From a candidate division Kazan bacterium GW2011_GWA1_50_15 (GTDB lineage: Bacteria; Patescibacteriota; Kazan-3B-28): DNA of 64,000 bases. How positions within the stretch are numbered: the stretch's first letter is position 1; each line of letters opens with the position of its first letter. The stretch lies in contig CP011216.1 in assembly GCA_001029795.1 (NCBI GenBank), positions 279,128 to 343,127 on the forward strand, given 5' to 3'. The position numbers were made by a program, and so were the translations under genes. The notes below the pieces were generated by a model that ran no database searches, was not told the origin of the DNA, and saw only the letters and a list, made by a program, of their open reading frames with translations. This document shows, piece after piece, positions 42,626 to 52,814 of the stretch.

Positions 42626-42847
42626 TTAAAGGAAAAGGACTACAAAAGACAAGAGAACAAAGACGACCGCCAGGCCAATCGTAATCAGATACAAGGTCTT
42701 CTCCGGACCGCGGCGATTGCCGTAGAAAACACCGCTGCCGCCAAAGGTTTCCCCCAGCCCGGTCCCCCGTGACTGCAACAGGACGGCGGCGACAAAGAGG
42801 ACGCCGACCAAAACCTGAATAATAATAAAAATCTTGGCTAGTGACAT
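42626..42847 (-). CDS. secG: Preprotein translocase SecG
   Basis: VLLQSRGTGLGETFGG...RRGPEK.L. Confidence 0.93.
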   Translation of the reverse strand: MSLAKIFIIIQVLVGVLFVAAVLLQSRGTGLGETFGGSGVFYGNRRGPEKTLYLITIGLAVVFVLLSFVVLFL

Positions 42848-42958
42848 AGATTTAGGTCTTAGAAGTCCTACTCATTCTAAGGAAAGACCCCCCAAAAGTA
42901 AAGGTATTCTCAAGGGCTTTACTTACCAAGTTTTTAGGGTATAATTGGGTAGTTTTCT

Positions 42959-43384
42959 ATGAGTAAAACCAGGGCAGATTTTGCGGACTTTACTAACCCC
43001 GACACTATCGTCGGGGATGGTGTGATGGTGGATGGTACCCTGAAGACTGCGGGCGATATTCAGATCAATGGCCGGTTCAAAGGAAAACTGATCACTGACG
43101 GCGATGTGGTAGTTGGTGAACGAGCCCAGATCTTAGCTAACATCAATGCTCAAAACGTATATGTGGCTGGCGAGGTGGTTGGAAACATTAATGCGCTGGG
43201 CAAGCTAGAGATCATGGAGACCGGTTGCGTGGAGGGTGATGTCAGCAGCTCAGCACTGGCGATCGAGGCCGGCGGTGTGCTTAAGGGCAGCAGCGCCATG
43301 CACGACACCGAGCGAGAGAAACCGCAGGTCACGCCTACTTATGAAGTAGAAAGTTCCAGGGAACCGGTTGGGGTGGACGGATAA
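42959..43384 (+). CDS. Bactofilin (polymer-forming cytoskeletal protein)
   Basis: T.VG.G..V.G.L....I.ING...G.L beta-helix repeats, LAIEAGG...G. Confidence 0.9.
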   Translation: MSKTRADFADFTNPDTIVGDGVMVDGTLKTAGDIQINGRFKGKLITDGDVVVGERAQILANINAQNVYVAGEVVGNINALGKLEIMETGCVEGDVSSSALAIEAGGVLKGSSAMHDTEREKPQVTPTYEVESSREPVGVDG

Positions 43385-43394
43385 CACTCGATCC

Positions 43395-44195
43395 ATGTAT
43401 CTCTTTCTTATTAATCCAGAAGCAGGTAATAGGAGGTTCGCTCGGGTCGAGCAACAGATGCATCGGCTATTAAAACGGTACGGCGTTAAGTACCGTTTTA
43501 TTATGATCGACAACTTAGATCGGGTAGCTGAACTGATCAAGCAAAACCTGAAAAGTACCGACCATGGTGTAGTGGCCGTTGGCGGCAACGCAACGGTCAA
43601 CGCAGTGATCAACGCGCTGGTTGGCGAGGATGTCCCGGTCGGGATCATCCCGATGAGCAAAACTAACCACCTGGCCTATAGTCTGGGGCTAAAACGTTTG
43701 CCGGCCGCAATCAAAGCCCTAGCCGAACATGATCTTCGGTCTGAGCGTTTAGGCAAGATCGGTCAGCACTACTTCGTCGGCAGTGTCGAAGTAGCCGCTC
43801 GGGCTAGTCTATTGACCCAATATCTCCGCAAAACTAATCCTTGGCTCAAGTTCTTGGGGTTGGCTAAACCCGTTACACCAGAGGATGGAACACCGACTTT
43901 GATCGAGCTGGATGACGAGGTTCAGGTCAAGAGCCGAGCCCATCGGCTTCAGATCCAATTGAACGGAGTAAACAACGACAAGAAGCTTAAACTTACCCTG
44001 TTCGCCTCCCCCAACCCTGACACGGCCAGCATTCTGCACAGTGACGCAGTGGCGATCGAAAGCGATATTAAGATGCCGGTGATCATCGGCAACGAGACGG
44101 TGGCGCACACACCAGTGGAGATTAAGGGACTGACCAAATACGTCCGCTTGATAGTTCCCAAAGAACCCAGATTGACCGCCACGGAGAGCTCATGA
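43395..44195 (+). CDS. Diacylglycerol kinase family-like protein (degenerate motifs)
   Basis: INPEAG, VVAVGGNATVNAVINAL, GIIPMSKTNHLAYSLG. Confidence 0.75.
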   Translation: MYLFLINPEAGNRRFARVEQQMHRLLKRYGVKYRFIMIDNLDRVAELIKQNLKSTDHGVVAVGGNATVNAVINALVGEDVPVGIIPMSKTNHLAYSLGLKRLPAAIKALAEHDLRSERLGKIGQHYFVGSVEVAARASLLTQYLRKTNPWLKFLGLAKPVTPEDGTPTLIELDDEVQVKSRAHRLQIQLNGVNNDKKLKLTLFASPNPDTASILHSDAVAIESDIKMPVIIGNETVAHTPVEIKGLTKYVRLIVPKEPRLTATESS

Positions 44196-44210
44196 TAGCG
44201 TGGAATTAGA

Positions 44211-44750
44211 TTGAGAAGAATATCCAAACCCAGACCGCGTAGTTTTTCCATCCGAATTCGGGCCAATGAATGGATCCGAGTTCCGGAGGTTTTTTTGATC
44301 GATGAGGTTGGTACTGCTCGGGGTGTATTGCCGACCAGTGAGGCATTGAAACTGGCTCGCGCGGCCGAGCTGGACCTAGTGGAGGTCTCCCCTAACGCCA
44401 AACCGCCAGTGGCTAAGATATTAGATCTCGGCAAATATAAGTATGAACAGAGTAAGGCCCAGCAGCGCCAACGGCGCGGACAGAACGATGGAGCCGTCAA
44501 AGAAGTGCGCTTGAGCGTTAAGATCAACGACCACGATCTAGAGGTGAAGGCCAAGCGGGCAGAGAAGTTTTTGGAGGACGGCCACAAGGTCAAGGCTGGG
44601 ATCATGTTCAAGGGTAGAGAGATAGTCCACGCTCACCTGGGTGAGGCTCTGGTCAATCGTTTTATTGACAGGTTGTCAAAGGTGGCTAAAATAGAACAAG
44701 TGCCCACCAGACAAGGTCGGAGCATCCATACGATTTTATCTCCTAAGTAG
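44211..44750 (+). CDS. infC: Translation initiation factor IF-3 (non-ATG start: TTG, or in-frame ATT at 44205)
   Basis: LDLVEVSPNAKPPVAKILDLGKYKYE, FLEDGHKVK, FKGRE. Confidence 0.95.
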   Translation: MRRISKPRPRSFSIRIRANEWIRVPEVFLIDEVGTARGVLPTSEALKLARAAELDLVEVSPNAKPPVAKILDLGKYKYEQSKAQQRQRRGQNDGAVKEVRLSVKINDHDLEVKAKRAEKFLEDGHKVKAGIMFKGREIVHAHLGEALVNRFIDRLSKVAKIEQVPTRQGRSIHTILSPK

Positions 44751-44945
44751 ATGCCGAAATTAAAGGTTCATCAGGGTACAGCGAAACGGATCCGGATAAC
44801 CAAGAGCGGTAAGTTAAAGCGCCGCCAGGCGATGCAGGCCCACAAACTCACTAAAAAATCTGCCGCCCGCAAACGACGGTTGGCGCGGCCGGCTGATGTT
44901 ACTCGGGCGGACGAGGGTAGAATTAGGCGGCTACTAGGCCGCTAG
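44751..44945 (+). CDS. rpmI: 50S ribosomal protein L35
   Basis: MPKLKVHQGTAKRIRITKSGK. Confidence 0.95.
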   Translation: MPKLKVHQGTAKRIRITKSGKLKRRQAMQAHKLTKKSAARKRRLARPADVTRADEGRIRRLLGR

Positions 44946-44964
44946 ACAGAAAGGACTCAAACCG

Positions 44965-45309
44965 ATGCGCATAAAAAGAGGGACTACCGTTCGAGCCAAG
45001 CACAGAAAGCTGATCACTTCGGCCAAGGGTTTTCGGACGCTCCGGCGGACTAACGTCAAACGAGCTCGGGAGGCGATCTTAAAGGCAGGCCAGTACGCTT
45101 ATCGTGATCGTCGGAACAAGAAACGCAGCTTTAGATCGCTTTGGATCAATCGGATTAATTCGGCGCTGACGGGGATGGGGATCAAATATAACCGGTTCAT
45201 CAAAACGATGACTGATAAAAGTATCGAACTCGATCGCAAGATCTTAGCCCAACTAGCAGCCCAACACACCGATGTGTTTGAAAAGATAGCCCGAGAGATC
45301 AGCCAATAA
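44965..45309 (+). CDS. rplT: 50S ribosomal protein L20
   Basis: YAYRDRRNKKRSFRSLWINRIN, LDRKILA. Confidence 0.97.
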   Translation: MRIKRGTTVRAKHRKLITSAKGFRTLRRTNVKRAREAILKAGQYAYRDRRNKKRSFRSLWINRINSALTGMGIKYNRFIKTMTDKSIELDRKILAQLAAQHTDVFEKIAREISQ

Positions 45310-45319
45310 ACTAATACAG

Positions 45320-45349
45320 AAAAAGTCCCGCTCAAGTAGCGGGACTTTT
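45320..45349. terminator. Bidirectional terminator between rplT and the convergent gene
   Basis: AAAAGTCCCGCT...AGCGGGACTTTT. Confidence 0.85.
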
Positions 45350-45365
45350 AGTTGACCGGCCGGAT

Positions 45366-45713
45366 CTATCCAACCCCAACGGCTTCGCGCGGGGTGGGCT
45401 CCAGACAGCCCCATATGCCGGACTGAAAAGCTACGTAGCGTGATGAGTTGGCCGTAACCTGGATGCGATAGAGCCCGTCATCGGACCGGAGTTCGTTCAT
45501 CCGGCGAGACTCTTGAAGCTGCCTCGCTTCGGCCGCCGTCGGGGGCGGGAGTTCAGAGCTAATGGCCGCTAAGGCCTCCGACTTGGACCCCGCCATCACC
45601 ACGAAAGTGCGCCAGGAAAAGTACTCCCCGGCGGGAACGTTCGGCGACACGATCCCTCCATCGTAAGTAAACCGGTCAACTGTGATCACGAACAATGAAA
45701 GAGCAAACGGCAT
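45366..45713 (-). CDS. Hypothetical protein
   Basis: AAGGAGGT SD 7 nt before ATG at 45713; own promoter. Confidence 0.65.
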   Translation of the reverse strand: MPFALSLFVITVDRFTYDGGIVSPNVPAGEYFSWRTFVVMAGSKSEALAAISSELPPPTAAEARQLQESRRMNELRSDDGLYRIQVTANSSRYVAFQSGIWGCLEPTPREAVGVG

Positions 45714-45745
45714 AAGCAATACCTCCTTGGGAAATAGCCGCGCTC

Positions 45746-45774
45746 AGTATGCCGAGTTTCGCTGTCCTAGTCAA
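45746..45774 (-). promoter_or_regulatory. Sigma70-type promoter TTGACT-17-CATACT
   Basis: 17-bp spacing upstream of SD. Confidence 0.7.
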
Positions 45775-45781
45775 CCAAAAC

Positions 45782-45813
45782 CAGATCCGCCCGGCCGAAG
45801 CCGGGCGGATCTG
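45782..45813. terminator. Perfect hairpin, probable terminator of EPS/DUF4012 operon
   Basis: CAGATCCGCCCGGC-CGAA-GCCGGGCGGATCTG. Confidence 0.65.
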
Positions 45814-45828
45814 ATAATCAATCGCTGT

Positions 45829-46227
45829 CTAGTACATTGGCACGATCGTCTGCCAAAAGAAGATACCCAACAGAATAGCAACAATGCCGGCGAACATGGT
45901 CAGACCGCCCGCTTTGCAGTAGGTTTTCATCATTTTGGTCCCCATCTTTGGCCACCACATTAACCAGACTCCCTTAATGATAGCCGCCCAGCCTAGAAGC
46001 GGCATGACCCAGGCGTAGCCAGCCCAAGTGATGACGTAGCCGGTCCAGGCCAGAATGAGTACGCCAAAGGCTAATACCCACAACCCCCAGCTCCACACGA
46101 GAGCGGTCTCATCAGCAAAGTCGCCAATGACCTGACAGGTACCTTTATTATTGAAGGCAAGGGCAACGCCCAAAACCACTAGCCAGACCGCGAAGATCAT
46201 AGCAATAATTTCTAGAGTGCTTACCAC
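45829..46227 (-). CDS. Four-TM membrane protein
   Basis: Hydrophobic, LGW..I.KG motif, GGAGG SD, GTG start. Confidence 0.7.
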   Translation of the reverse strand: MVSTLEIIAMIFAVWLVVLGVALAFNNKGTCQVIGDFADETALVWSWGLWVLAFGVLILAWTGYVITWAGYAWVMPLLGWAAIIKGVWLMWWPKMGTKMMKTYCKAGGLTMFAGIVAILLGIFFWQTIVPMY

Positions 46228-46238
46228 AGCAACCTCCG

Positions 46239-48254
46239 TCAGTTTACTTGTATAATATCGACCCCGACGCTCAGATCGGCATTTAGCTCCCCATTAAACA
46301 ATGGTTTGGTTTTAGTACCAGCTTCGTCAGCAATACCAAGTGCTGGCGACAGCTTCAGCACACTAACTAGTGTGGTATTGTTGGCTCCTGGCTGTTTCAT
46401 CACATCAAGCTGGTAGTGACTAGTAACTTTGTGAGGCAAACGGTAGTTCACCGTAACGGTCTGGCTCGCACCTGGCTGGGTGGTGAGCCAAAGCCCAAAA
46501 ATGGTTTTATCCCCTTCTTCGATTTGGTCTACCTCGGTGCCATAGTCTTCTCCATCAACCGATATGCGCAGACTACCTTGAGGCACATAGATACGGATGT
46601 AGTCCTTATTGGGACCATCGGGGAAAACATTAACGCCGGTGTGGGTATACTTAAGTTCCACTGACACCGTCACGTCTCCGGTCAGATTCACGTTGGCTGT
46701 GTGATGGATTTCCTCGGCTACTACTTGACTGCTTTTGCGTCCACCGAGATTAGATCTGACCACCGCCAGAAAATCTCCGCCAGTATCGACCGGGACCGTC
46801 CCGGCGACTTGGAGCTGTTCCATCACCGACTGCATTTTAGGACTTCTCATATACAACATCACGTCCTTAGACCCTAACCGAGCCAGGAGGGCCGAACTGA
46901 TCCGCTTCATCTCTTCGCCATTGGCATTTAAGAGTCGGCCTAGAAGTATCGGCGCAAACTCATTTAAGACTTCTTTGGGATTGGCTTTGTCTTTGTCGAT
47001 CAGTTCGATCTGCGCTTGGGTGGCAGTCACAAAGTTATCGGCGGTCAGGGTGAGATCCTTGCCGGCCAAATAGGTTGGTCCAAAGATAGTTAATAAATCT
47101 TTGATCGCCTCGGGATCAATAGCGATAATCCCATCGGCAGTGCCGCCGCCTGCTTCCTCATAGAGCTTTTGGAAAGTTTGAGCCGAGGTCGGGAAATCTA
47201 AGTACCAATTAGCGTCGCGGGTACCGAACGAGGATGTAATGGTCGTAAGCGGCGCCGGCAAAGGCAGTGAGGTGTTGGGGTTTTGACCGTCGATGCGCTG
47301 GGTCATATCGACTAACACGCTTTTGAGTTGACCTTTGTAAACTTCAACCAACATGTAACTCCCAACAAACCCACCGGTAGCTCGGAGTTCGTTATTGTTT
47401 TGATTCAATATCAAATATTGTCTAGGATTATTAAAACCTAGTGCGCCGGGGAGCTCTTTGGCCAGAGTCGCCAGAGTCATAACGGTCGCCTGGAGGGTGG
47501 CAGTTTTAGTTTGAGCGTCGGCGAGCGCTGTGGCATATGCTGGGTCGACTAGGGCTGGGTTAACCGACGCCAACAGAAGATTGGCACGCGAGACTTGGGT
47601 TAACACTCGGTCAAGATTTTGCGAGCTCTTCCCCATCAACCCAACGATCTGAGTTGCTAACTGCTGCGGCTGGTCATTAGCACTCTCTAACCCGTTAAAG
47701 TACTGCCAAGTTGGGGTGAGTGTGTCGACTAGGGTCCGCCCGGCTTGAGCTAGATTATAGCCGCTGTCGATCAGCTTCTGACCAGCGACTACTTTAGAGG
47801 TATCGCTGCCCAACCCAGACAGATAGAGGTTAGTCTGCCCAAGACCGAGAAGTTGTTTTTGGGCTGTGCCAAACAGATTTTCGGCAGCGATGAAGTTGTC
47901 ACGAGCGGCCGAGACATCTTGAGCTAAAACAGCCGCTGAAGCTGCTTCGAGCTTGCTCATCCCCCGACCTGCCAGTTCAGTGATTTGACCCTGGACGCTG
48001 CCCGCTGCTTGAGAGACTAGACCGCCGCCAACGTACAGGGCGATTGCCAGCACCGCTAAGATAGCCAAGCGCAGTCCCATCCACAGCCAAGACAGCGCTG
48101 GGGCCGATACGGCCGCTTCGCCGAAGCTCATGTCGAGCGTGGAGCGGGCGACCTTACGCGTCCGGACCGCCGGGGATAACCCAGGTTCACGAAAGCCCAC
48201 CCCCGAGGCGGTTTTTGGTTTGATGTAATAGTATCGCTTAGTCCCCTTTGGCAT
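46239..48254 (-). CDS. DUF4012 domain membrane-anchored protein
   Basis: YLILNQNNNELRATGGFVGSY, RDANWYLDFPTSA, DGIIAID, YIRIYVP.GS, KQPG. Confidence 0.88.
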   Translation of the reverse strand: MPKGTKRYYYIKPKTASGVGFREPGLSPAVRTRKVARSTLDMSFGEAAVSAPALSWLWMGLRLAILAVLAIALYVGGGLVSQAAGSVQGQITELAGRGMSKLEAASAAVLAQDVSAARDNFIAAENLFGTAQKQLLGLGQTNLYLSGLGSDTSKVVAGQKLIDSGYNLAQAGRTLVDTLTPTWQYFNGLESANDQPQQLATQIVGLMGKSSQNLDRVLTQVSRANLLLASVNPALVDPAYATALADAQTKTATLQATVMTLATLAKELPGALGFNNPRQYLILNQNNNELRATGGFVGSYMLVEVYKGQLKSVLVDMTQRIDGQNPNTSLPLPAPLTTITSSFGTRDANWYLDFPTSAQTFQKLYEEAGGGTADGIIAIDPEAIKDLLTIFGPTYLAGKDLTLTADNFVTATQAQIELIDKDKANPKEVLNEFAPILLGRLLNANGEEMKRISSALLARLGSKDVMLYMRSPKMQSVMEQLQVAGTVPVDTGGDFLAVVRSNLGGRKSSQVVAEEIHHTANVNLTGDVTVSVELKYTHTGVNVFPDGPNKDYIRIYVPQGSLRISVDGEDYGTEVDQIEEGDKTIFGLWLTTQPGASQTVTVNYRLPHKVTSHYQLDVMKQPGANNTTLVSVLKLSPALGIADEAGTKTKPLFNGELNADLSVGVDIIQVN

Positions 48255-49419
48255 GAGCCGCTTGTTCAATGACCGCCAACGTCTGATGGGCAGCATCTGT
48301 CCAATTGAATTGGCGAGCGCGTAATCTACCGCGTTCGATCAGCCGCTGGCGCAAGATCGGATCGTTTATAATCGTTCGCATATGCTCGGCCAAACCGGCC
48401 ACGTCTGTTGGGGCGATGGTGAGCGCAGCATCTCCCGCCACTTCGGGCAGAGCCGAGACATCGCTGGTAATGACCGGGCAGCCGCTAGCAAAAGCCTCTA
48501 GCACCATTAGGCCGAAACCTTCGTAAAACGAGGGGAAGACCAACGCTGTGGCTGAAGCCAACAGAGCGATCTTTTCAGCCTCACTGACTTGCCCGGTAAA
48601 GACTATCCGTGTCTGCAAACCCAGATCTTGCACAAGTTGATAAAGGTCTGACGAAAGCCAACTTTTACTGCCAGATACTACCAGATTTATTGTATCAGAA
48701 TAACGCTGCTGCAGTTCGTGCATAGCTCGGACTATCAACTGCAGATTTTTACGAGGTTCGACACTGCCGACGTAGTAGAAATAGCGTGCTGGGACCTGGA
48801 ACTTCTCTTGCACTAATGTGACTTGCTGGGGCGTGGGCGGGACAAAATACTCTTCGCCTACTCCTTCATAGACACGAACTATCTTGCCCTCTGGCACGTG
48901 CAATAGACGGACCAGATCTTGTTTAGTAGATTCAGATACAGCAATGACCCTATCCGAGGTGCGCGCCTCGTAAGGATAATTCATCTGCCATTGCCAGATA
49001 CGGGATGAGAGCGGGTAGAACTGGGGGTAGATATAAAATATTAGATCATGAAAGGTCGTTACCTTAGCGCATCGTCTCGAGAGTGGCAGCAACATAGGCG
49101 AAGGCATCCACATGACGTTAAGTCCCCCGCAAACAACGTCTGCCTTGGGCCAATCCAATGGCTTAAAGACCGCGTGCAAGAGGATAGGAAAGTTCACCCA
49201 GCGCAATTTTTTTACCTCCACATTGGCAGCCCGCAGATAGGGCTGCTCGGCCAACAGTTTATCAAGGCGTTGGTCGATATCCTTGTACGATACATAGAAC
49301 AGTACATATGTATTGCGAGTATCGATAGCTAACAAGTGGCGCAAGAGCTGCAGAGTGTACTGTTCAACTCCGCTGATCTTGCCAGTCAGTAAGCCTCTGA
49401 TATCGACTCCGATGCGCAT
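48238..49419 (-). CDS. Glycosyltransferase family 4
   Basis: MRIGVDIR start, GSVEPRKN, FPSFYEGFGL.VLEA. Confidence 0.93.
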   Translation of the reverse strand: MRIGVDIRGLLTGKISGVEQYTLQLLRHLLAIDTRNTYVLFYVSYKDIDQRLDKLLAEQPYLRAANVEVKKLRWVNFPILLHAVFKPLDWPKADVVCGGLNVMWMPSPMLLPLSRRCAKVTTFHDLIFYIYPQFYPLSSRIWQWQMNYPYEARTSDRVIAVSESTKQDLVRLLHVPEGKIVRVYEGVGEEYFVPPTPQQVTLVQEKFQVPARYFYYVGSVEPRKNLQLIVRAMHELQQRYSDTINLVVSGSKSWLSSDLYQLVQDLGLQTRIVFTGQVSEAEKIALLASATALVFPSFYEGFGLMVLEAFASGCPVITSDVSALPEVAGDAALTIAPTDVAGLAEHMRTIINDPILRQRLIERGRLRARQFNWTDAAHQTLAVIEQAAHAKGD

Positions 49420-49429
49420 ACGTGGTGAA

Positions 49430-50584
49430 TTATGAATTAGGGGTTGGGGCTGACAGTCGGGACAGATGTTCGGCCCATTGGGTTTCGACAAATTCCCGTA
49501 TCTGCCGTTGGAAGTGAGCCTGGTCGAATTGCTCGGCGTGAGCCCGGATTATGGATGGCGAGAAACTCACTAGCTCGAACCGACGGACAGCGTCCGCTAA
49601 CGAGCCTGGGGACTGTTCAGAGAAGAAGATGCCGGTCTGGCCTTCTACTACAGTTTCCAGCGCCCCGCCCGCTCGGTAGGCTATCACTGGCTTACCGGCG
49701 GCCATGGCCTCCAGGGGGACAATACCGAAGTCCTCTTCCTGCGGGAACAACACAGCCTTGCATCGCAGAAACTGCTGGGCGGTCTCTTCGTCTGACAACC
49801 GACCCAAAAATTCAGTCTTGGGAGAGCGGGCTAGTTTTTTGAGGCGGGCTATCTCCGGCCCTTCGCCGATAATCTTCAGCGGCAGTCCCAATCCATTGAA
49901 TGCCTGCACCGCGATATCGGTGCGCTTGTATCCGATCTGCCGGCCGACTACGAGATAAAAATCACCGGGGGTACTTTCACCTTGGAATCTAGCAAAGTCT
50001 ACCGGCGGGTAGATAACCGTGGATTCGCGCTCATAGTATTTTTTTATCCGTCCGGCAGTATTTTTTGAGTTAGCTACGAATACGTCCACTCGGTCAGCGG
50101 CAACTCGGTCCCAGATGCGTAAGCGATGCACCAGCGAGGGCATAGCCAATTTTATTAATGGGTCTAGAACCCCTAACTGCTTTTGGCGCAGATATTCATG
50201 GTAGTGACTCCAATAGTAGCGAGTGGGGGTGTGACAGTAGCAGATATGAAGGGTTTCTGGCTTAGTCAAAATCCCCTTAGCCTCGGCGTGGGCCGAGGAG
50301 GTCACTAGGTCGTAGCCGTCTAGGTTAAACGATTCGAACACGGCCGGCCGAATGGCCGGAAAGAGTTGCTGTTTGTAGCGGAGGGGTGACTTTTGCAGAT
50401 AACTCGTAATGACCCGCCGGCCGCGGAGCTCCGGAAAGGCCTCGGCCTTAAACACTGATGTAAAGATATCGGCCCTAGGGAAAATTTCGGCAAAGTTTAA
50501 AATGACGCGTTCGGCCCCGCCTCGACTGGTCAGCCAGTCGGCCACGATCGCTACCCTTAATTCGTCAAATTGTTTCATCCCCAT
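49430..50584 (-). CDS. Glycosyltransferase family 4
   Basis: GGAERV, CYCHTPTRY, EEDFGIVPLEAMAAG. Confidence 0.93.
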   Translation of the reverse strand: MGMKQFDELRVAIVADWLTSRGGAERVILNFAEIFPRADIFTSVFKAEAFPELRGRRVITSYLQKSPLRYKQQLFPAIRPAVFESFNLDGYDLVTSSAHAEAKGILTKPETLHICYCHTPTRYYWSHYHEYLRQKQLGVLDPLIKLAMPSLVHRLRIWDRVAADRVDVFVANSKNTAGRIKKYYERESTVIYPPVDFARFQGESTPGDFYLVVGRQIGYKRTDIAVQAFNGLGLPLKIIGEGPEIARLKKLARSPKTEFLGRLSDEETAQQFLRCKAVLFPQEEDFGIVPLEAMAAGKPVIAYRAGGALETVVEGQTGIFFSEQSPGSLADAVRRFELVSFSPSIIRAHAEQFDQAHFQRQIREFVETQWAEHLSRLSAPTPNS

Positions 50585-50621
50585 TCTCCATCATTCATGA
50601 TTCATCATTCATAATTCGTGC

Positions 50622-52001
50622 TTAATAGCTCCCCTTCCGGGTTAAGACCGCGCCGATGGTCTGCAGGATAATTTTAATATCAAGAAGTGGCGACCAGTGT
50701 TCAATGTAGAAAGTATCGAGCCCCACATACTCGTCGAACGAGATATCGCTCCGACCGGAGACCTGCCACGGGCCGGTCAGACCGGGCTTAACCAATAACC
50801 GGCGGCGGGCGGCATCACTATACTCTGCCACTTCGTTGGGTAGCGCCGGCCGGGGACCGACCAAGCTCATCTCGCCTTTCAACACATTAAACAACTGGGG
50901 CAGTTCATCTAAGCTGGTTTTACGAATAAACTTACCCACGCGGGTTATCCGCGGGTCATCTTTGAGTTTAAATAACGGGCCATCCGCCTCGTTGCGTTCC
51001 CTAAGTTCCTCCAGCATCCGCTCGGCCCGCTCGCCTCCCAGCCCCGGACTCATCTCGCTGTACATCGATCGAAACTTATAAAAAGTGAACGGTTCGCCCA
51101 ATTCGCCAATCCGCTTCTGGGCATAGATCACTGGGCCTTTCGAATCCAGTTTAATAGCAACAGCGACCACCGCCATTACCGGCAGAGCCACGACCATTCC
51201 GATACATGTAGCCCCGATATCAAATAAACGCTTTGCTACCCTCCCCCAGCCAGAGAGCGGAGTAGGTGAAAGTTCGATAATGGGATAGCCTACCAATGTG
51301 TCCACCGTGATGTGGGAGGTGTAGAGACCAGTCAAGCTTGGCACATACTGCAGAGTCACATCGTGGTCCTCACACCAGCGAATGAATTTTAACATCTGTT
51401 CGCCGGTAAGTTCATGGCCGATAATGACGCGATCAGGCCGATGCTGGGCCAAGACCGAGAGGTCCAGCTCGGCCATCACTCCAACTAGTTTCTGCCCCGG
51501 CTGCGCGGATCTGACTTGGCCGCCCAAATCATCAGCCATCTTCCCGCTAGCGATCAGGGCAACTCGCTCAACACCAGTGCCGGCGTACTGCAGCCACTGT
51601 TTGAAGTAGTTGACTATGGCTCGGCCTAGAAGTACGAACACTACACTAAACACCCAGAAGTAGGTCACGATCAGGCGCGAGAAGAAACTGGTCTTGGCGA
51701 TAAATAAACCGATAACAAAAACGGCCAATGCCACCGAAGTGGCGATCAAGACCTTCCCGGCCAGCTCCCAAGGGTTCCTAAACCCGCGGAATCGGTACAA
51801 CCCAAACCCAAAGAACGACACTAGCCAGAGAGGGGCCAACTCCATCACCAACCGGAGGTAGTCCGGAAATGGCAGAATATAGATGATAGGCACAAATTGC
51901 CACTGGAGCCGGAGCCAGTAGGCGCCAACAAAAGTCAGTACCACCATGACATAATCGAGCGGTACCAATAGCAGGGTGAAAAATTGATTGAATCGTCTCA
52001 T
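50622..52001 (-). CDS. Polyprenyl-phosphate sugar transferase (WcaJ/CpsE-like priming enzyme)
   Basis: KRLFD, YKFRSM, DDPRITRVG..IRKTSLDELPQL.NVLKGEMSLVGPRP; start 52001 (longer call overlaps tRNA). Confidence 0.95.
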   Translation of the reverse strand: MRRFNQFFTLLLVPLDYVMVVLTFVGAYWLRLQWQFVPIIYILPFPDYLRLVMELAPLWLVSFFGFGLYRFRGFRNPWELAGKVLIATSVALAVFVIGLFIAKTSFFSRLIVTYFWVFSVVFVLLGRAIVNYFKQWLQYAGTGVERVALIASGKMADDLGGQVRSAQPGQKLVGVMAELDLSVLAQHRPDRVIIGHELTGEQMLKFIRWCEDHDVTLQYVPSLTGLYTSHITVDTLVGYPIIELSPTPLSGWGRVAKRLFDIGATCIGMVVALPVMAVVAVAIKLDSKGPVIYAQKRIGELGEPFTFYKFRSMYSEMSPGLGGERAERMLEELRERNEADGPLFKLKDDPRITRVGKFIRKTSLDELPQLFNVLKGEMSLVGPRPALPNEVAEYSDAARRRLLVKPGLTGPWQVSGRSDISFDEYVGLDTFYIEHWSPLLDIKIILQTIGAVLTRKGSY

Positions 52002-52028
52002 AAAATCTAAGCCCCCAGACCGGCTCTC

Positions 52029-52105
52029 TGGTGGGCTCGCCCAGATTCGAACTGGGGACCTTCCCCACGTCAAGGGAACGCTCTAACCAACTGAGCTACG
52101 AGCCC
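52029..52105 (-). tRNA. tRNA-Val(GAC)
   Basis: Loop TTGACGT, GTTCGAATC, CCA. Confidence 0.95.
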
Positions 52106-52120
52106 CGAACAGGGCTTATT

Positions 52121-52756
52121 TTACTGGGATTCGCCCAACACTTCAAGGATGCGCGCCCGGACCGTCTCCAGGGCATCCTGGAGAGCGTCGCGGCTGCCGT
52201 TGTTGTTGATGATCAAGTCGGCTTCATCTTTACCCGGTTCGACATACTTATCGTGCATCGGCTGGGCCGAAGTCAGGTACTGATTCAACGATTCTTGGAA
52301 ACTCCGGTCGCGTTCGCCCACATCCCGTTCCAGCCGGCGGGCTAGTCGGATATCGCCATCTACTTCCACAAACAGGGTCAGATCCAAGAGGTTAGCCACC
52401 CGCTTGTCGGTCAGGATAAGGATTCCCTCTACAATAATGACTGGTTTAGGTTCAACATACACGGTCATTGGTTTGCGAGTGTGGGTCTCAAAGTCGTACT
52501 GGGGCATGTTGATGGGCCGGCCGGCCTTTAGATCGGTCAGATGCTCAAAAAACAACTCCTCGTCGATGGCTTGGGGTTCGTCATAGTTTAAGTCCTTGCG
52601 ACTCTCAAGTGGGATATTGCCGCGGTCTTTATAGTAGTTGTCGTGCGAAAAGATGAGGACTTTGGCCGGATCGGACTTCTGCAATTCTTGGGCGATGTAG
52701 GTTTTGCCTGAGCCAGTGCCACCGGCGATACCGATCAAAAAAGGTGATTTTTCCAT
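52121..52756 (-). CDS. udk: Uridine kinase
   Basis: IGIAGGTGSGKT, DNYY, NYDEP, PQYDFETHTR, IVEGIL, RRLERD..ER. Confidence 0.93.
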   Translation of the reverse strand: MEKSPFLIGIAGGTGSGKTYIAQELQKSDPAKVLIFSHDNYYKDRGNIPLESRKDLNYDEPQAIDEELFFEHLTDLKAGRPINMPQYDFETHTRKPMTVYVEPKPVIIVEGILILTDKRVANLLDLTLFVEVDGDIRLARRLERDVGERDRSFQESLNQYLTSAQPMHDKYVEPGKDEADLIINNNGSRDALQDALETVRARILEVLGESQ

Positions 52757-52780
52757 AGACCCATTATGCCACAGTTCACC

Positions 52781-52809
52781 TTGACTGGGGCGGATAAATT
52801 AGTTATATT
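52781..52809 (+). promoter_or_regulatory. rnpB promoter TTGACT-17-TATATT
   Basis: Sits just upstream of the P1 5' strand. Confidence 0.75.
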
Positions 52810-52814
52810 GGCTC

